NCBI RefSeq assembly: GCF_006345805.1 | Contig: NC_043003.1 | Coordinates: 20,894,001-20,958,000 of the forward strand | Source of the DNA: Octopus sinensis | Taxonomy: Eukaryota | Reading direction: 5' to 3' | Length of the DNA: 64,000 nucleotides | Part shown: positions 36,276-48,400 of the stretch, one piece after another | How the letters are laid out: every line of letters begins with the position of its first letter | How positions within the stretch are numbered: position 1 is the stretch's first letter | Position numbers and translations under genes: made by a program | Notes under the pieces: model-generated | The model's database searches: none | What the model was told of the DNA's origin: nothing | Seen by the model: the letters and a program-made list of their open reading frames with translations, nothing else

Positions 36276-37089
36276 TAATGCTAAGTATATGCGAAAGAAT
36301 TAATTAAAATTTGCATAGCAATTTGGTAATAAAGATGAAATACAAATTTGAATAATTTTAATGATGAATTGTGCGAACAGCTTCTAGAAATGCATGAACA
36401 GCGTAAGGGTTTTAAAAAATTGAAAAGTAAACTAAAAAGTAAGCTAAACTAAATTGTAGGTCACAGACCAAAGTAACACAGGTAAAATATACAGTGACAG
36501 ATGTCTGTTTACTCTGTGTAAATTGATCTTATTGTCATGCATAAATAGATTTTATTTCAGTTCATATTTCTTTGTAATACTTTTGGTGCAATCTCATTCT
36601 GTATTCTAAAGTTGAGTTTGCACTACTTAATTACTGTAGAGTAATTGGAACTGGTTGAACAGAAGTACTTCACAACAGTAATGCTATCAGAAATGAAAAG
36701 AAAAACGTATATATTTATATACCATCATCATCTCCGTTTTAATGTCTACTTTTCAGTGCTTGCATGGGTCAGATGGAATTTATTATGGTGGATTTTTCCA
36801 TGGTCCCCAACCCTCTCTTTTGTTTTCATAGAAGATTGGAAACAAAGGAGACTGCTTGCGTGACAGTGATACTTGCTTACAAACTTCATACAAAATCAAG
36901 GCTAGGAGACAGTAAAACACACACATATGGCTTGCTTCTTTCATCTACCAAATCCATTAACAAGGCTTTTGTTAATCCAGATCTACAGTAGAAGATGAAA
37001 CTAAACTTAAGACCATGTGGTTAGGAAACAGACTTCTAACTGCACTGCTATCCGGACAAGTTAGCAGTGTTACTTGGGGTTATTGGGTG

Positions 37090-37700
37090 TTTTGAGTCTT
37101 TCAACAATCAGACATCCTCACTCAGGCAACCCACCCAGGGTTGTTGAAACCCCAACTTATGTCCCCGTAGCAGTATCCCCAGTAATGCTACTCCCTCTAC
37201 AATTTCCATCTGATTCACTGCAATTTTTGAAATGACATCTGCTGCTTTGGTAGCCGAATGTTGACCTTCAGCCAACTGGTTTCTATGATGCCCAGTATGT
37301 TATACACTTAACAGAGGAATTGATCTGCAAATTCTCAATTAGATCACACCTTGTTCCTCATTAGCAATGCATGTATTCCTCCCTTTTCTTTCCTTCTTAA
37401 ATATGGTCCTCCCAGAGAATAAAAATCACCTGCTTGAACATTTCCAAGATTAGCACCATATCCTGCTTTTGCAATTATGAAGCAACAATTTTTTGGGAAA
37501 TTTAGTTTCTTCCCCTTGTCAACTTTCAGCTTCCAGTCTTGTACCTTTGTTGGCAGGCCACATGAGGTAGCTGTAGCAGTTGATATCAGTTTCATTCAAG
37601 CCTTGGTGAAAACGACGGTCTTCTTCATTGAGCAGAGGCCTTCAACAATCTAGACATGGTACTAATGGTAGTGCCACTTATCAAGGCTTTTGGACATCTG
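37090..37700 (-). mobile_element. HERO/R2-group LINE 3' fragment
   Basis: GLPTKVQDWKLKVDKGKKLNFP..., DMVL..KQVIFI-LWED.. resemble the DW.L.VD...L.FP..RPD..ELTVPWEE motif; heavily frameshifted. Confidence 0.55.
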
Positions 37701-37770
37701 CTGAGGATCAATTGGAGCCCTCATAGTTGTAACTTACAGTGATAGTTATGTATCTATTTAATTCCATTTA

Positions 37771-38729
37771 ATTATCACCTCTGCCTTGGCGAAGGCAGAG
37801 TTATTGTTTTAGTCACATTTGTTTGTTTGTCCATAGACAAGATATCTCAAGAACTGCCAGATGGATTCAAATGAAATTTTCAGGGATGTTTGGCCTCGTG
37901 ACTGGCACAAAGTGATTAGATTTTTGGGATCGATTCGGTACCGGACAAGGATTCTGAATTATTTTTCCTGGATTTTTACTTAATTTTTGAGAGCGGTCGG
38001 GTTCATTTTTAGTATTCTCGTTTGTGAGAGCGGTCGGGTTCATTTTTAGTATTCTCATTTGTGAGAGCGGTCGAGTTCATTTTTAGTATTCTCATTTGTG
38101 AGAGCGGTCGAGTTCATTTTTAGTATTCTCATTTGTGAGAGCGGTCGAGTTCATTTTTAGTATTCTCATTTGTGAGAACGGTCGTGTTCATTTTTAGTAT
38201 TCTCATTTGTGAGAGCGGTCGAGTTCATTTTTAGTATTCTCATTTGTGAGAGAGATCGAGTTCATTTTTAGCATTCTCATTTGTGAGAGAGATCGAGTTC
38301 ATTTTTAGTATTCTCATTTGTGAGAACGGTCGAGTTCATTTTTAGTATTCTCATTTGTGAGAGCGGTCGAGTTCATTTTTAGTATTCTCATTTGTGAGAG
38401 CGGTCGAGTTCATTTTTAGTATTCTCATTTGTGAGAACGGTCGAGTTCATTTTTAGTATTCTCATTTGTGAGAGCGGTCGAGTTCATTTTTAGTATTCTC
38501 ATTTGTGAGAGCGGTCGAGTTCATTTTTAGTATTCTCATTTGTGAGAGCGGTCGAGTTCATTTTTAGTATTCTCATTTGTGAGAGCGGTCGAGTTCATTT
38601 TTAGTATTCTCATTTGTGAGAGCAGTCAAGTTTATTTCAGATATTCTCATTTTAAAAATCATCTCGGGTTACTGGCTGAGAGGACGTTGATGTTGCCTTG
38701 GTGGAGGTTTGTGCTCTCTGAGTGCTCTT
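37771..38729 (+). mobile_element. Helentron-associated non-autonomous element (HINE/DINE-1-like) with central satellite
   Basis: 5' hairpin CTCTGCC-TTGGCGAA-GGCAGAG, TTTG microsatellite, central tandem array, and 3' CCTTGGTGGAGGT plus a GTGCTC/GAGTGC stem-loop before a T-rich flank. Confidence 0.75.
37985..38650. repeat. 37-bp tandem repeat, ~18 copies (TTTGTGAGAGCGGTCGAGTTCATTTTTAGTATTCTCA)
   Basis: Period 37 from 37989 to 38618; no spacers. Confidence 0.95.
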
Positions 38730-38855
38730 ATTTATCTATTTTAAAATTTGTCTTCTCAAGTTTGTCAGTATGAAATATATCCCCAAGTTATCTTCTTTTC
38801 CCACCTCCTCCACTTATGTTTGTATTATTTTATGTCTGTTTATTTTCAGTGAAAC

Positions 38856-39080
38856 ATGGAAAACGTACTTCGTAAATACTGTCAGCTTTATATACCTGCA
38901 GAGGTATATCCTTACATAGAACCAGGTTTATATGCAATCCTGTTGGTCTCAGGTGGTGCTTTTCTGGTAAGCTTTATCAAAAGAGTACACATGCACCTAA
39001 AAGTTAAGGCAGCCATAAAGGATGCCCGCAATAAACGTGCAGAACAACTAAAAGCATTGAAAGAGAGGTTACAGAAATCT
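38856..39080 (+). CDS. FAAH: FAAH-like coding exon 1 (TM anchor)
   Basis: ttttcag| acceptor at 38849, ATG at 38856, TCT|gtaagt. Confidence 0.88.
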
Positions 39081-39102
39081 GTAAGTACTTGAAATACAGG
39101 TT

Positions 39103-39152
<50 letters not shown>

Positions 39153-42100
39153 TCTCCCCGTGTTTTGAAACAAGATTCGACACAATAAGATCAGAACCTG
39201 ATTACTGTGAAGCAAAATTCTTAGCTTTTCAGTCTATTTATAGCTCCTAGTTACACTCATGTGAACTGAGTTATTGAGCAATGACAGGGTCTATGATAGT
39301 AGTAACAAAACATCCTGATCTCTCTCTCTCTCCCTCTTTGTCTTCTGCCTCTGTGTGTGTGTATGTCTGTTTCACTTTCCCTTTCTCACAAAATCCTTTT
39401 TCTTTCTCTTATCACCCCTTCTTTTTTTTTCTTTTTCGCTTTCACTCTTTCTCTCTCTCTTGCTCTCCATCATCCTTCTCTTATTTTCCTAAACTTCTTT
39501 GTCTTCTTTCAATTTTTTGTTACTCCACAAGGGAACTAAAAATTTATTCTAAATATGAAATGGTGAATCATTAAGACTGCAGATAAGAAACTCTTGCACT
39601 GGCAGGAAGGCCTAAACATAGTTGCAATCCCAAAACAGAAAACAATATTTAAAATGTTGAAATGCTGTTATTTTTGGTGGGGTTTTCTTCCTTTTAATTT
39701 TCATACAAGACCTTTTTGGGTTTTTTTTTTCATGTCTTTCAGCTAACCGAAGAAATGAGAACCAGAATTCTATCATTAGACATTGCTGAACTCCAGAAGA
39801 AACTCAAAGATCGTTCATTAAAAGCAATTGATGTTCTTCAAGCTTATCAGTACAAGGTTGCTTTTTTTTATTTTATATCGATTTTTCTGGGGTTTTTAAA
39901 ACCATTCTTTGATTGTATTTTTTATGTTTCATTGTAAAACAAGTTTGAAAGATGCGCTACTGAAATTTTGAATCCTTCTAAGAAGAACCTCCATTCTTCT
40001 AAAAGGTAGGTGATGTGCAATGATTACTGATAATTCATCATTATTATCATTATCATTTAATGTCTGCTTTCCATTCTGGCATGTGTAGGATGGTTTGGCA
40101 GGAACCAACCAGCTGCAGGGTTGCATTGAGCCCCAGTGTCATCCTCAGCATGGTTTTTCCAACAGGATGCCCTTCCTAATGCCAACCACTTGGATACTTA
40201 GATGATCCTACTGCATGGCACCTAACACAACTGGCTTCCATTGTAGCCTCATGAAAGATCTTGTTACTTACACTATGATTCAGTGAGCAAGTATTGGGTT
40301 GTTCAGAAAGTTTGTGCCGATTTATAGTAGCTTACCTTTCGACTTATTTTAGAACATGGTTGAGTTCATAAAATAGGATTTGACTACACCTCCATTTAGA
40401 GTACAGTTTAAGCTAACTTTTTATTGAAGAAGATTTATGTTCCTATAACCTGTGTTAATTCTGTAACCCTTTAAAATGGAAGATAAGAAAGTTCATTTTC
40501 GGCACTTGATGCTTTGGGAACCAGACAAAAATTGCTGCAGCTCGGCTGGGATGTGTTACCTCACCCTCCATATTCACCAGATATTGCTTCATTGGATGTC
40601 CACTTATTGAGGTCTCTGCAGGTCTTAATGGTAAAAATTTTTCATTTAATTGAACAACTGGAATCGTTCATCATTCTGGCAGATTGCAATGGTGAATATA
40701 CTAATCATTGTTGTATTTCATCATTGGAGAACAAGTTCTTCTTTCAGACAAATGTGTGATTGTAACACAGTCAATTATTAGCATAAGGAGACATTTAGAC
40801 ACCTGGTGTTTTGACATCATTGTATCTCCTCAGCCAAAGCTATTGGAAACTAACACATCTTAAAAGAGATTGCAGCTCTTCAAAACAATGCCTTGCTCAC
40901 TCTCTCCATGCATGTCCGGGCTACGCTTTCTAGATGGGATTGTCATGGCTGGTATTTAGTTGAAGAGAGGTTTGGTTGCTCAGTTTTGGCCTCTCAACTC
41001 ACACTTTTGCATCCTACCAATTTACACATGTCATCTCTCTTTCTCTCAGCCTTCCCCTGTCTGCAGTATCATTATTACTATTCTGTTGTTCTTCACCCTT
41101 TTCTGTACTGCCAGTCATCCCTTACTCTCTCCTATCTTCCCCCAACTCATATGTATTAAATCACCCCTCATCCCTTATCCTCCATTCATTATATCCACTC
41201 CTGAATCCTACCTAATCTCTACAGTCCTTACCTTCTGTTCCTTACCTGCTATCCAATGGATTTATCATCTCTCAATACTTATTCTTCATTCACCCATTCC
41301 CCATTACTAACGATCTCTCACTCTCATCATAAACTCTTGCTATCTCTACCCATCCACACTCTGTTCTTCTGGCTCACTCATTTCTACTCACTTTGTACCT
41401 TGATGCTCCACATTACCACTGTTTTATTTTTATTTCCAGCTCCATCTCAGTTACTCCCATCCTATATATATATATATATATATATATATAGATATATATA
41501 GATATATATATATATAACCTTGGATTGTAGGGTAACCTGCTGTGCTTGAGGAGACCTATTGAGTCAAGTACATTAACATCAACATTAAAATAAAAATCAA
41601 ATAGAAATTATAGTTAAGATACCCGTGCTGGTGCCACATAAAAAGCACCAACCGATCGTGGCCATTTGCCACCCTCCTCTGGCCCCTTTGTCGGTGGCAC
41701 GTAAAAAGCACCCACTACACTCATGGAGTGGTTGGCGTTAGGAAGGGCATCCAGCTGTAGAAACACTGCCAGATCAGACTGGAGCCTGGCACAGCCTCCT
41801 GGCTTCCCAGAACCCAGTCGAACCTTATATATAATTCTAATGTTTTCATTGCTGGAAGATAGCCACCCATCGCCGCCATAATTGTTGACCTTAATAGATT
41901 CTGGTCTTAATCATTAAAGTTGCATACAAATTGCTGTGCAGTATTTTGTTATACACCTTTACATTCTGAATTCATTTCCCACTGTAGTTGACTTTCTTTT
42001 ATGCTCATCCTGGCTTAGGACAAAAACAAAATTATGTACCAGTATTACACTGAAAAACTGAAATAAATAACTGTACTTATTTGCTCAAAATTACTGTCTT

Positions 42101-42444
42101 TTTGCTAATATTATAAATCAATATTTAGTGATTAACCTCTGGTTTTCTACAACAGGCACTTGAAGCACAAGAGGAAATCAATTGTTTAATTGCAGTAATT
42201 CCCGAAGCTGAGGTAAGTAACTTGCAGACATCAATGTACATTTTTATGTATTTTTATATATATTGTTCGTTCAGTTCTATATTTAAGAGATGAGGAATTA
42301 TGTACATTATTTACATTCGACAGATATTTGTCCTCATCTTGTTCGTTGTTAACACAACATTTTGGCTGATATACCCTCCAAGCCTTCTTCAGGTGTCTTG
42401 GGGAAATTTCAAACCTGGGTTCTCATTCCTAAGGTATTTTTCAA

Positions 42445-42488
<44 letters not shown>

Positions 42489-45400
42489 TTATCATCATCA
42501 TTATTATTATTACTACTATATGCTCACGGGCATATGGCGTAGGGGTTAAGAGGGCAGGCTACTAAACCCAAGATTCCAAGTTTAATTCCAAGCAGTGACC
42601 TGAACAATAACAATAATAATAATAATAACATCAAAAAATACCTTAGGAATGAGAATCCAGGTTTGAAATTTCCCCCAAGACACCTGAAGAAGGCTGGAGG
42701 GTATATCAGCCGAAACATTGTGTTAACAACAAACAAGATGAGGACAAATATCCGTTGAATGTAAATAATATTGTTCGTTGTTCTTTTAAGTCTTCTATAT
42801 GTTATACATAGTATTTTGTGTCCACAGTTGCTTCAAGTGTATTTTGTGTATGCCACAGATATATTCCCTGCCAAGTATATATTTACTGTTTTTCTTTCTG
42901 TGTACATGTACACCTCTCTCTCTGTATTCTTTCACTCTTTTACTTGTTTCAGTCATTTGACTGCAACCATACTGGAGCACCACCTAAAGGGGTTTCAGTC
43001 GAACAAATCAACCCCAAGACTTATTCGTTGTAAGCCTAGTACTTATTCTATCAGTTATTTTTGCCGAATTGCTAAGTTATGAGTATGTAAACACAGACAC
43101 ACACACATATATATATATATATGTATATATATTTGTTAATAGTAAGGGATTAAAGGTAATGCTGTGCAACTTTGTAATAATCCTTATTATTAATATTGTT
43201 TTTATATTTATATATATATATATATATATATATTAGACAGAATGAGATAACAAATCCAAGGCTGTGAGAAGTTTTCAGAACATTTATATTGAAATAGTCT
43301 TACAGCAGTTTCTGGGATATTATGGGTATCCCTTCATCAGAGACGGTGTGAGAAAATATTTGAGCTTGAATTATTGTGACAAAGATAGGGAATATAAGGG
43401 AATGAAAGTAGAAATAAGATATATAAAGATATTGTAGTTGCATTTCCATTATTTGAGGAAAATGGTGTATAGAAGTGGTAAAAAAAGTTTCCTGTACATG
43501 GTAAGTTCTAATAGTAGTTCATATTTAATCATTTCAAGGTATGGAGCCATGGAATCAGTGTTGCTTGTTCAAAAGGGTTTTGTGGTGTGAATGAAAATTT
43601 GAGAATGTATTGGTAGGATTTGTGGATAGATGGAGAGAGGAGAGATGTGTTTGATTAGAAGAAGGTGGTAGGTTAAATCTAAAACAGGAAGAGAAAATGA
43701 GAGGAAAAAAAAAAACTTCATGAATTATTTTTTACTGACACAGACCTACAATTTTCTCAGTTCTAGATTTTAACTTATATGGCAATGGTGATATAAGTAT
43801 TTCCTTGAGCTATCAGATAATTATAGCTTGAATGCAAAATAAATATTAACAATTTTGGTTCTTTTCCCAGGAATTAGCACTGAAGTGTGATTCTCTGCCA
43901 TCGGTGATAAAACCTCTCCATGGAATCCCAATTAGTCTGAAAGAAAATATAGTCTACAAGGTTGGTTTCTCATTTGAACTGCAGTTCATGTATTTTCTCA
44001 TTTTACCTTAAACTTTTCTCTGTAACTGTGGCAGTCATTAACTCTCTTCCCAGTTTCACCCCAATTACTCCTATCCTCTCTTCTATAATATAAGTAACCA
44101 TGTAATGCCTCTACAGCTAGAAACCTGGTTTTTGCAACTAGGAAATTCTAGGTTTACAGTTTTATAAATTTATAAAGGAGTGGTTAGAGATCATGCAGTC
44201 GTTAGCCTCAAATCGTCTGGTCTGGTCAGCATTTGTGAGAGATGCAGCATTGAGGATGATTGAAGCCAGTTCAACCCACCCCGGGTGAATGCTGTCTCAA
44301 GACAAGAAGAAATTAAATTTTCCACTAAAGGTCAAATAAGCAACAGACTGACTAAGAAAGTAAAAAGGCTTGAGTAAGGCTGTTTGATCAAATAGACTTA
44401 TGAGCAAAGACATTTCACTTACGACCATCCTGTCAGTTAGTATATTAGGAACTATATTGCTATAACAGTAAGGTTTGAGAGAGGTTTGGTTGCTGTTAAT
44501 AACAGATCAGTTGACCATGTAGCAGCTCTGTTGACTAGTAAAATTAACTTGAATGTTTGTTGCTTGATCTTCTTATAGTAACTGATCTCATTTTTCATTT
44601 ATTTATTTATTTTTGCATCCAATTAGGGACTTTACTCAACCAATGGTTTAGGTTCAAAGCTGTTGAACCCACCTTCTGCTCATGATTCAAATCTTGTTAA
44701 GGTATGTTTTATTTTTATACTTAAAAAGTTCTTCAGCCAATTTAAGCAATCTCAGGACCACAATGCAGTTATGGTAGTGAATAGTGAGGGCTTAACCTAA
44801 TTGATGTCTTTCTTCCCAAGACTGACTTTAATCCTATAATACATGGCACTAGAAATGTTTTAAAATAATTGCATTTAAATTAAAATTTCTGTCATGTAAT
44901 AACGTTATGTTCTAAATACTAATTTAATAACAGATTTATTTATTTTATCAAATCCTTTCAATGTCTTGAGTATTTTCAAAATTAATAGAAACCAAGTATT
45001 CGTTTAGAAATATCATCATAAGAGATAACCAAGTGTCGGCATTCTTTCGATATAAGTCCCATTTACTTCAACTGGATCACGTGTATTTGTTTACATTTGA
45101 AGAAGATCATCGTCACTTTCCGTAAATTTTTTATTTTTTTACATTGTGGGGTGGGGGGAATGGTATCTTTTCAAGTCAGCGTAATGTGGGTGGGGGTGGT
45201 TAGGGTATCCTTTCAAGTCGGCGTAAAAGCCAGACAAATTGAGCGTGAAGTTCTTTTGAAGCTGGCGTTCCGTTTGTTTGTGCGTGTGTGCGTGTGTGTA
45301 TTTGTTTCCCCCAAACCCATATTGTAAAAAAATAAAAACTTTTTAACAGAAACCGACGATCTTCTTCAGAAATGTAAATAAACCCACGTGGTTTATAAGT

Positions 45401-48400
45401 GACAGTTATGTTACTAGTAACAAATGATCGCCCAAGTATCTTACTCAAGGGACATAATCCATAATTTGTAAATAGCCTATTAACTAGGGGATTATTTTGT
45501 GTTGCTGCTTAGAAATACAAACTGTGGACTTTGGTAATGAATGTCTGTGGTGAGGAAAATCACGACAAACATTTTCCTATTGATAAAATCAGCACTGTCT
45601 TGACTGGCTCCCATGCCGGTGGCACGTAAAAAGCACAATCCGATCATGGTCAATGCCTGGCCCCTGTGCCAGTGGCACGTAAAAAGCACCCACTGCACTC
45701 TTGGAGTGGTTGGCAATAGGAATGGCATCTAGCTGTAGAAACATTGCCAGAACAGACTGGGGTTGGCTGCAGCCTCCTGGCTTTCTAGACCCTAATCGAA
45801 TCACCCAACCCATGCCAGCATGGAAAACAGATGTTAAACGATGATGATGTCAGTAAACAATTTACAGCATAAGTGAGATTTATTATTTCATTTGAGATAC
45901 AAACAGGGGAATTGTTTAAAGATTAAAATTCAAATTTTCTTTCTTTTATGAAATTCAGTGTTGCATTGATTTATTTTTATTATTAAAATATTTACTACAT
46001 TAAAAATAAAGATCATTAGAAATAAAAATAGATTATTTCTAAGATCTAATGTAGCAACAACTTAAACGGACCATGTTAACACCAAAAATTATTTACATCA
46101 AAATAGTGCTTTTTTTCTATGAAAATCCCTATTTTTTTACGATTTTTTGACTGCTGTGTCACCATTTTTTGGTGTATTTCAACCAGAAATTTTTAGTGCA
46201 AAATATTGATTGGTCAAATCTACAAACTGTGCCATTTTGAAAAATAAAATTGGACTAGTTAAAGGGTGTATTAAGGGCTGATGCTATGAGTGTACTGTGT
46301 GAACCTGTCCAACCCATGCCAGCATGGAAAGTGGATGCTAAACGACGATGATGATGATGAATTAATTTTTCTGCAGCTAGATTTTTCAGAAGTAAGTTGT
46401 GTGTATGTGTGTGTTTTTACTTCTGTAACTTTTTAGTTTTTCGTATTTTTCAGTTTCTCATTATTTTCCCTTCATTTTCCTTTTTCTTTAACCTTCTCCT
46501 GTTCTTTCCTTTCCTTTGATCTCCATCCTATTTATATTTCTTCCATGTCACACAATAAAATAACCTGGAGATGGAAAGAAAACACCTAAATAATTTTATC
46601 AGCTGGCCAGTGCAAGTAATCTGTACTTATTTCTATTGTATTACTAGCAGTATCGCCCGGTGTTGCTCGGGTTTGTTTCAACCCTTTAGAATTGGAAATT
46701 TTGGAAAGTAAAAATTTTGCATTATGTAGCTTGTTATTCTCTTTAAGTGAACATTTTTCTGGTTGAAATACACCGAAAAATGGCGACACAGCAGTAAAAA
46801 AATCACAAAAAAACAGGGATTTTCATAGAAAAAAAGCACCTTTTTGATGTAAATAATTTTTGGTCTTAACATGGTCTGATTTGAATTTTTTCTTCTATGG
46901 AGTGAAGAGCAAGCCTTCTTCTATCATACTCTCAATTTTGGTCAACTTGCACAGCAGGGTCTTGGAGGAGATAGTGTTAGTTGAAGGCTACCAAACCTGC
47001 CACACACAGACAACTTCAGCTTTATATATAGAGAGATTACAGTTACTCTCTCTCTCAATCTTTCTCATTTGATCACATACTGTCCCCCACTACACACACA
47101 CACATTGTAAGTTGATGTCTCAGTGGGCTAGGTATATATTGGTGTATTATCAGTCTCTCAGCTGATAGCCAGACAAATATACAGTGAACTGCTTGGTGGT
47201 GCCTGGTGCAATGTATCCTCATTTTATTGTTAGCGTTCTAATTTATTTTTTCTTTCTTTCTTCCTCATTATTTCTATCCTTTCCATCTTTTAGTTTCTTC
47301 AAAGTGTATTGGTCTTTGCCTTTCCCTTGGATAGCATCAGTGGCATGGAGAGGGGGCACTGATTATTATTAGTGCTTATTATTAGTGCTATTATTGTGCT
47401 TATTATTAGTTCTATTATTATTATTAGTGCTATGTGAAGGTGCATGGCTCAGTGGTAGGAGCATCGAGCTTACAATCGTGAGGTTATGAGTTCAAATCCT
47501 GGACCCGGCTGCGTGTTGTGTTCTTGAGCAAGACTCTTTATTTCACGTTGCTCCAGTTCACTCAGTTGTATAAATGAGTTGCGACGTCACAGGTGCCAAG
47601 CTGTATCGGCCCCTTTGCCTTTCCCTTAGATAACACTGGTGGCGTGGAGAGGGGATGCTGGTATGCATGGGTGACTGCTGGTCATCCATAAACAACCTTG
47701 CCCAGACTTGTGCCTAGGAGGGTAACTTTCTAGGTGCAATCCCATGGTCAGTCATGACCGAAGGGGGTCTCAGTGCTATTATTTTTCCTGAATTCATTAC
47801 TATTGTCTGGTGCAATTAAATTGATGTTGAACATTTTTAATTTCTATTTCAGTGTCTGAAAGAACTTGGTGCTGTTCCATTTGTCACAACAAATGTTCCA
47901 CAGACTTTGATGAGGTGAGCCTTCCTTAATTCCTTGGAGCCATATTATAGTCTTCTTTCTAGTCTTCAACCTTCTACTTACATATCGCATCTTGTATAAA
48001 ATAGCACTAATAATAATCTCTTTTCTCTCAAGCTAAAGAGAAAGCGTTTATACAATTGCTTAACCTGCTACAACTTAGCCAGAAATTTGTAGGCTTTCTT
48101 GATTAAACCCATCCTTGTGCTTGACTAGTATTTATTTTATCATGCCTGGAAAGATGAATATCAAACTTGGCCTTGGCAAAATTTGAACTCAGAACATAAA
48201 CTGCCTCAAGGCATTTTTTTTTCTGGTGCTCTACTGATTCAGCCAGGACAAATATTTTAATTGCTTCTGTTTGTTTTTATCAGTTGTTGGGATTTTGAGA
48301 AATGCATGGTTTGTACACGAGTAGCTTAGAGTTTCCAAGAAATCAATTCTGGCCTTGGATAAGGACAATTCCAAAGCAGCCGGCATCAAACTAGAAATAC

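Larger units (their letters stand above)
42302..42770. mobile_element. tRNA-headed element with Penelope-type hammerhead tail plus an inverted tail copy
   Basis: Inverted arms at about 42302-42460 and 42610-42770; tRNA-like head 42521-42600 (TGGCGTAGGGG A-box-like, degenerate B box). Confidence 0.75.

Noticed and set aside
37985-38650. CRISPR-like array (37-bp repeats)
   Set aside because: The repeats are contiguous with no unique spacers, there are no cas genes, and the context is eukaryotic; it is a satellite inside a Helentron-type element.
42521-42600. Functional tRNA gene
   Set aside because: The B box is degenerate and there is no acceptor stem or terminator; it is the head of a composite repeat. 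The same applies to the other SINE heads.
45050-45460. Possible MITE with partial inverted arms
   Set aside because: The arms are short and degenerate with no TSD, so it could not be supported as a defined feature.
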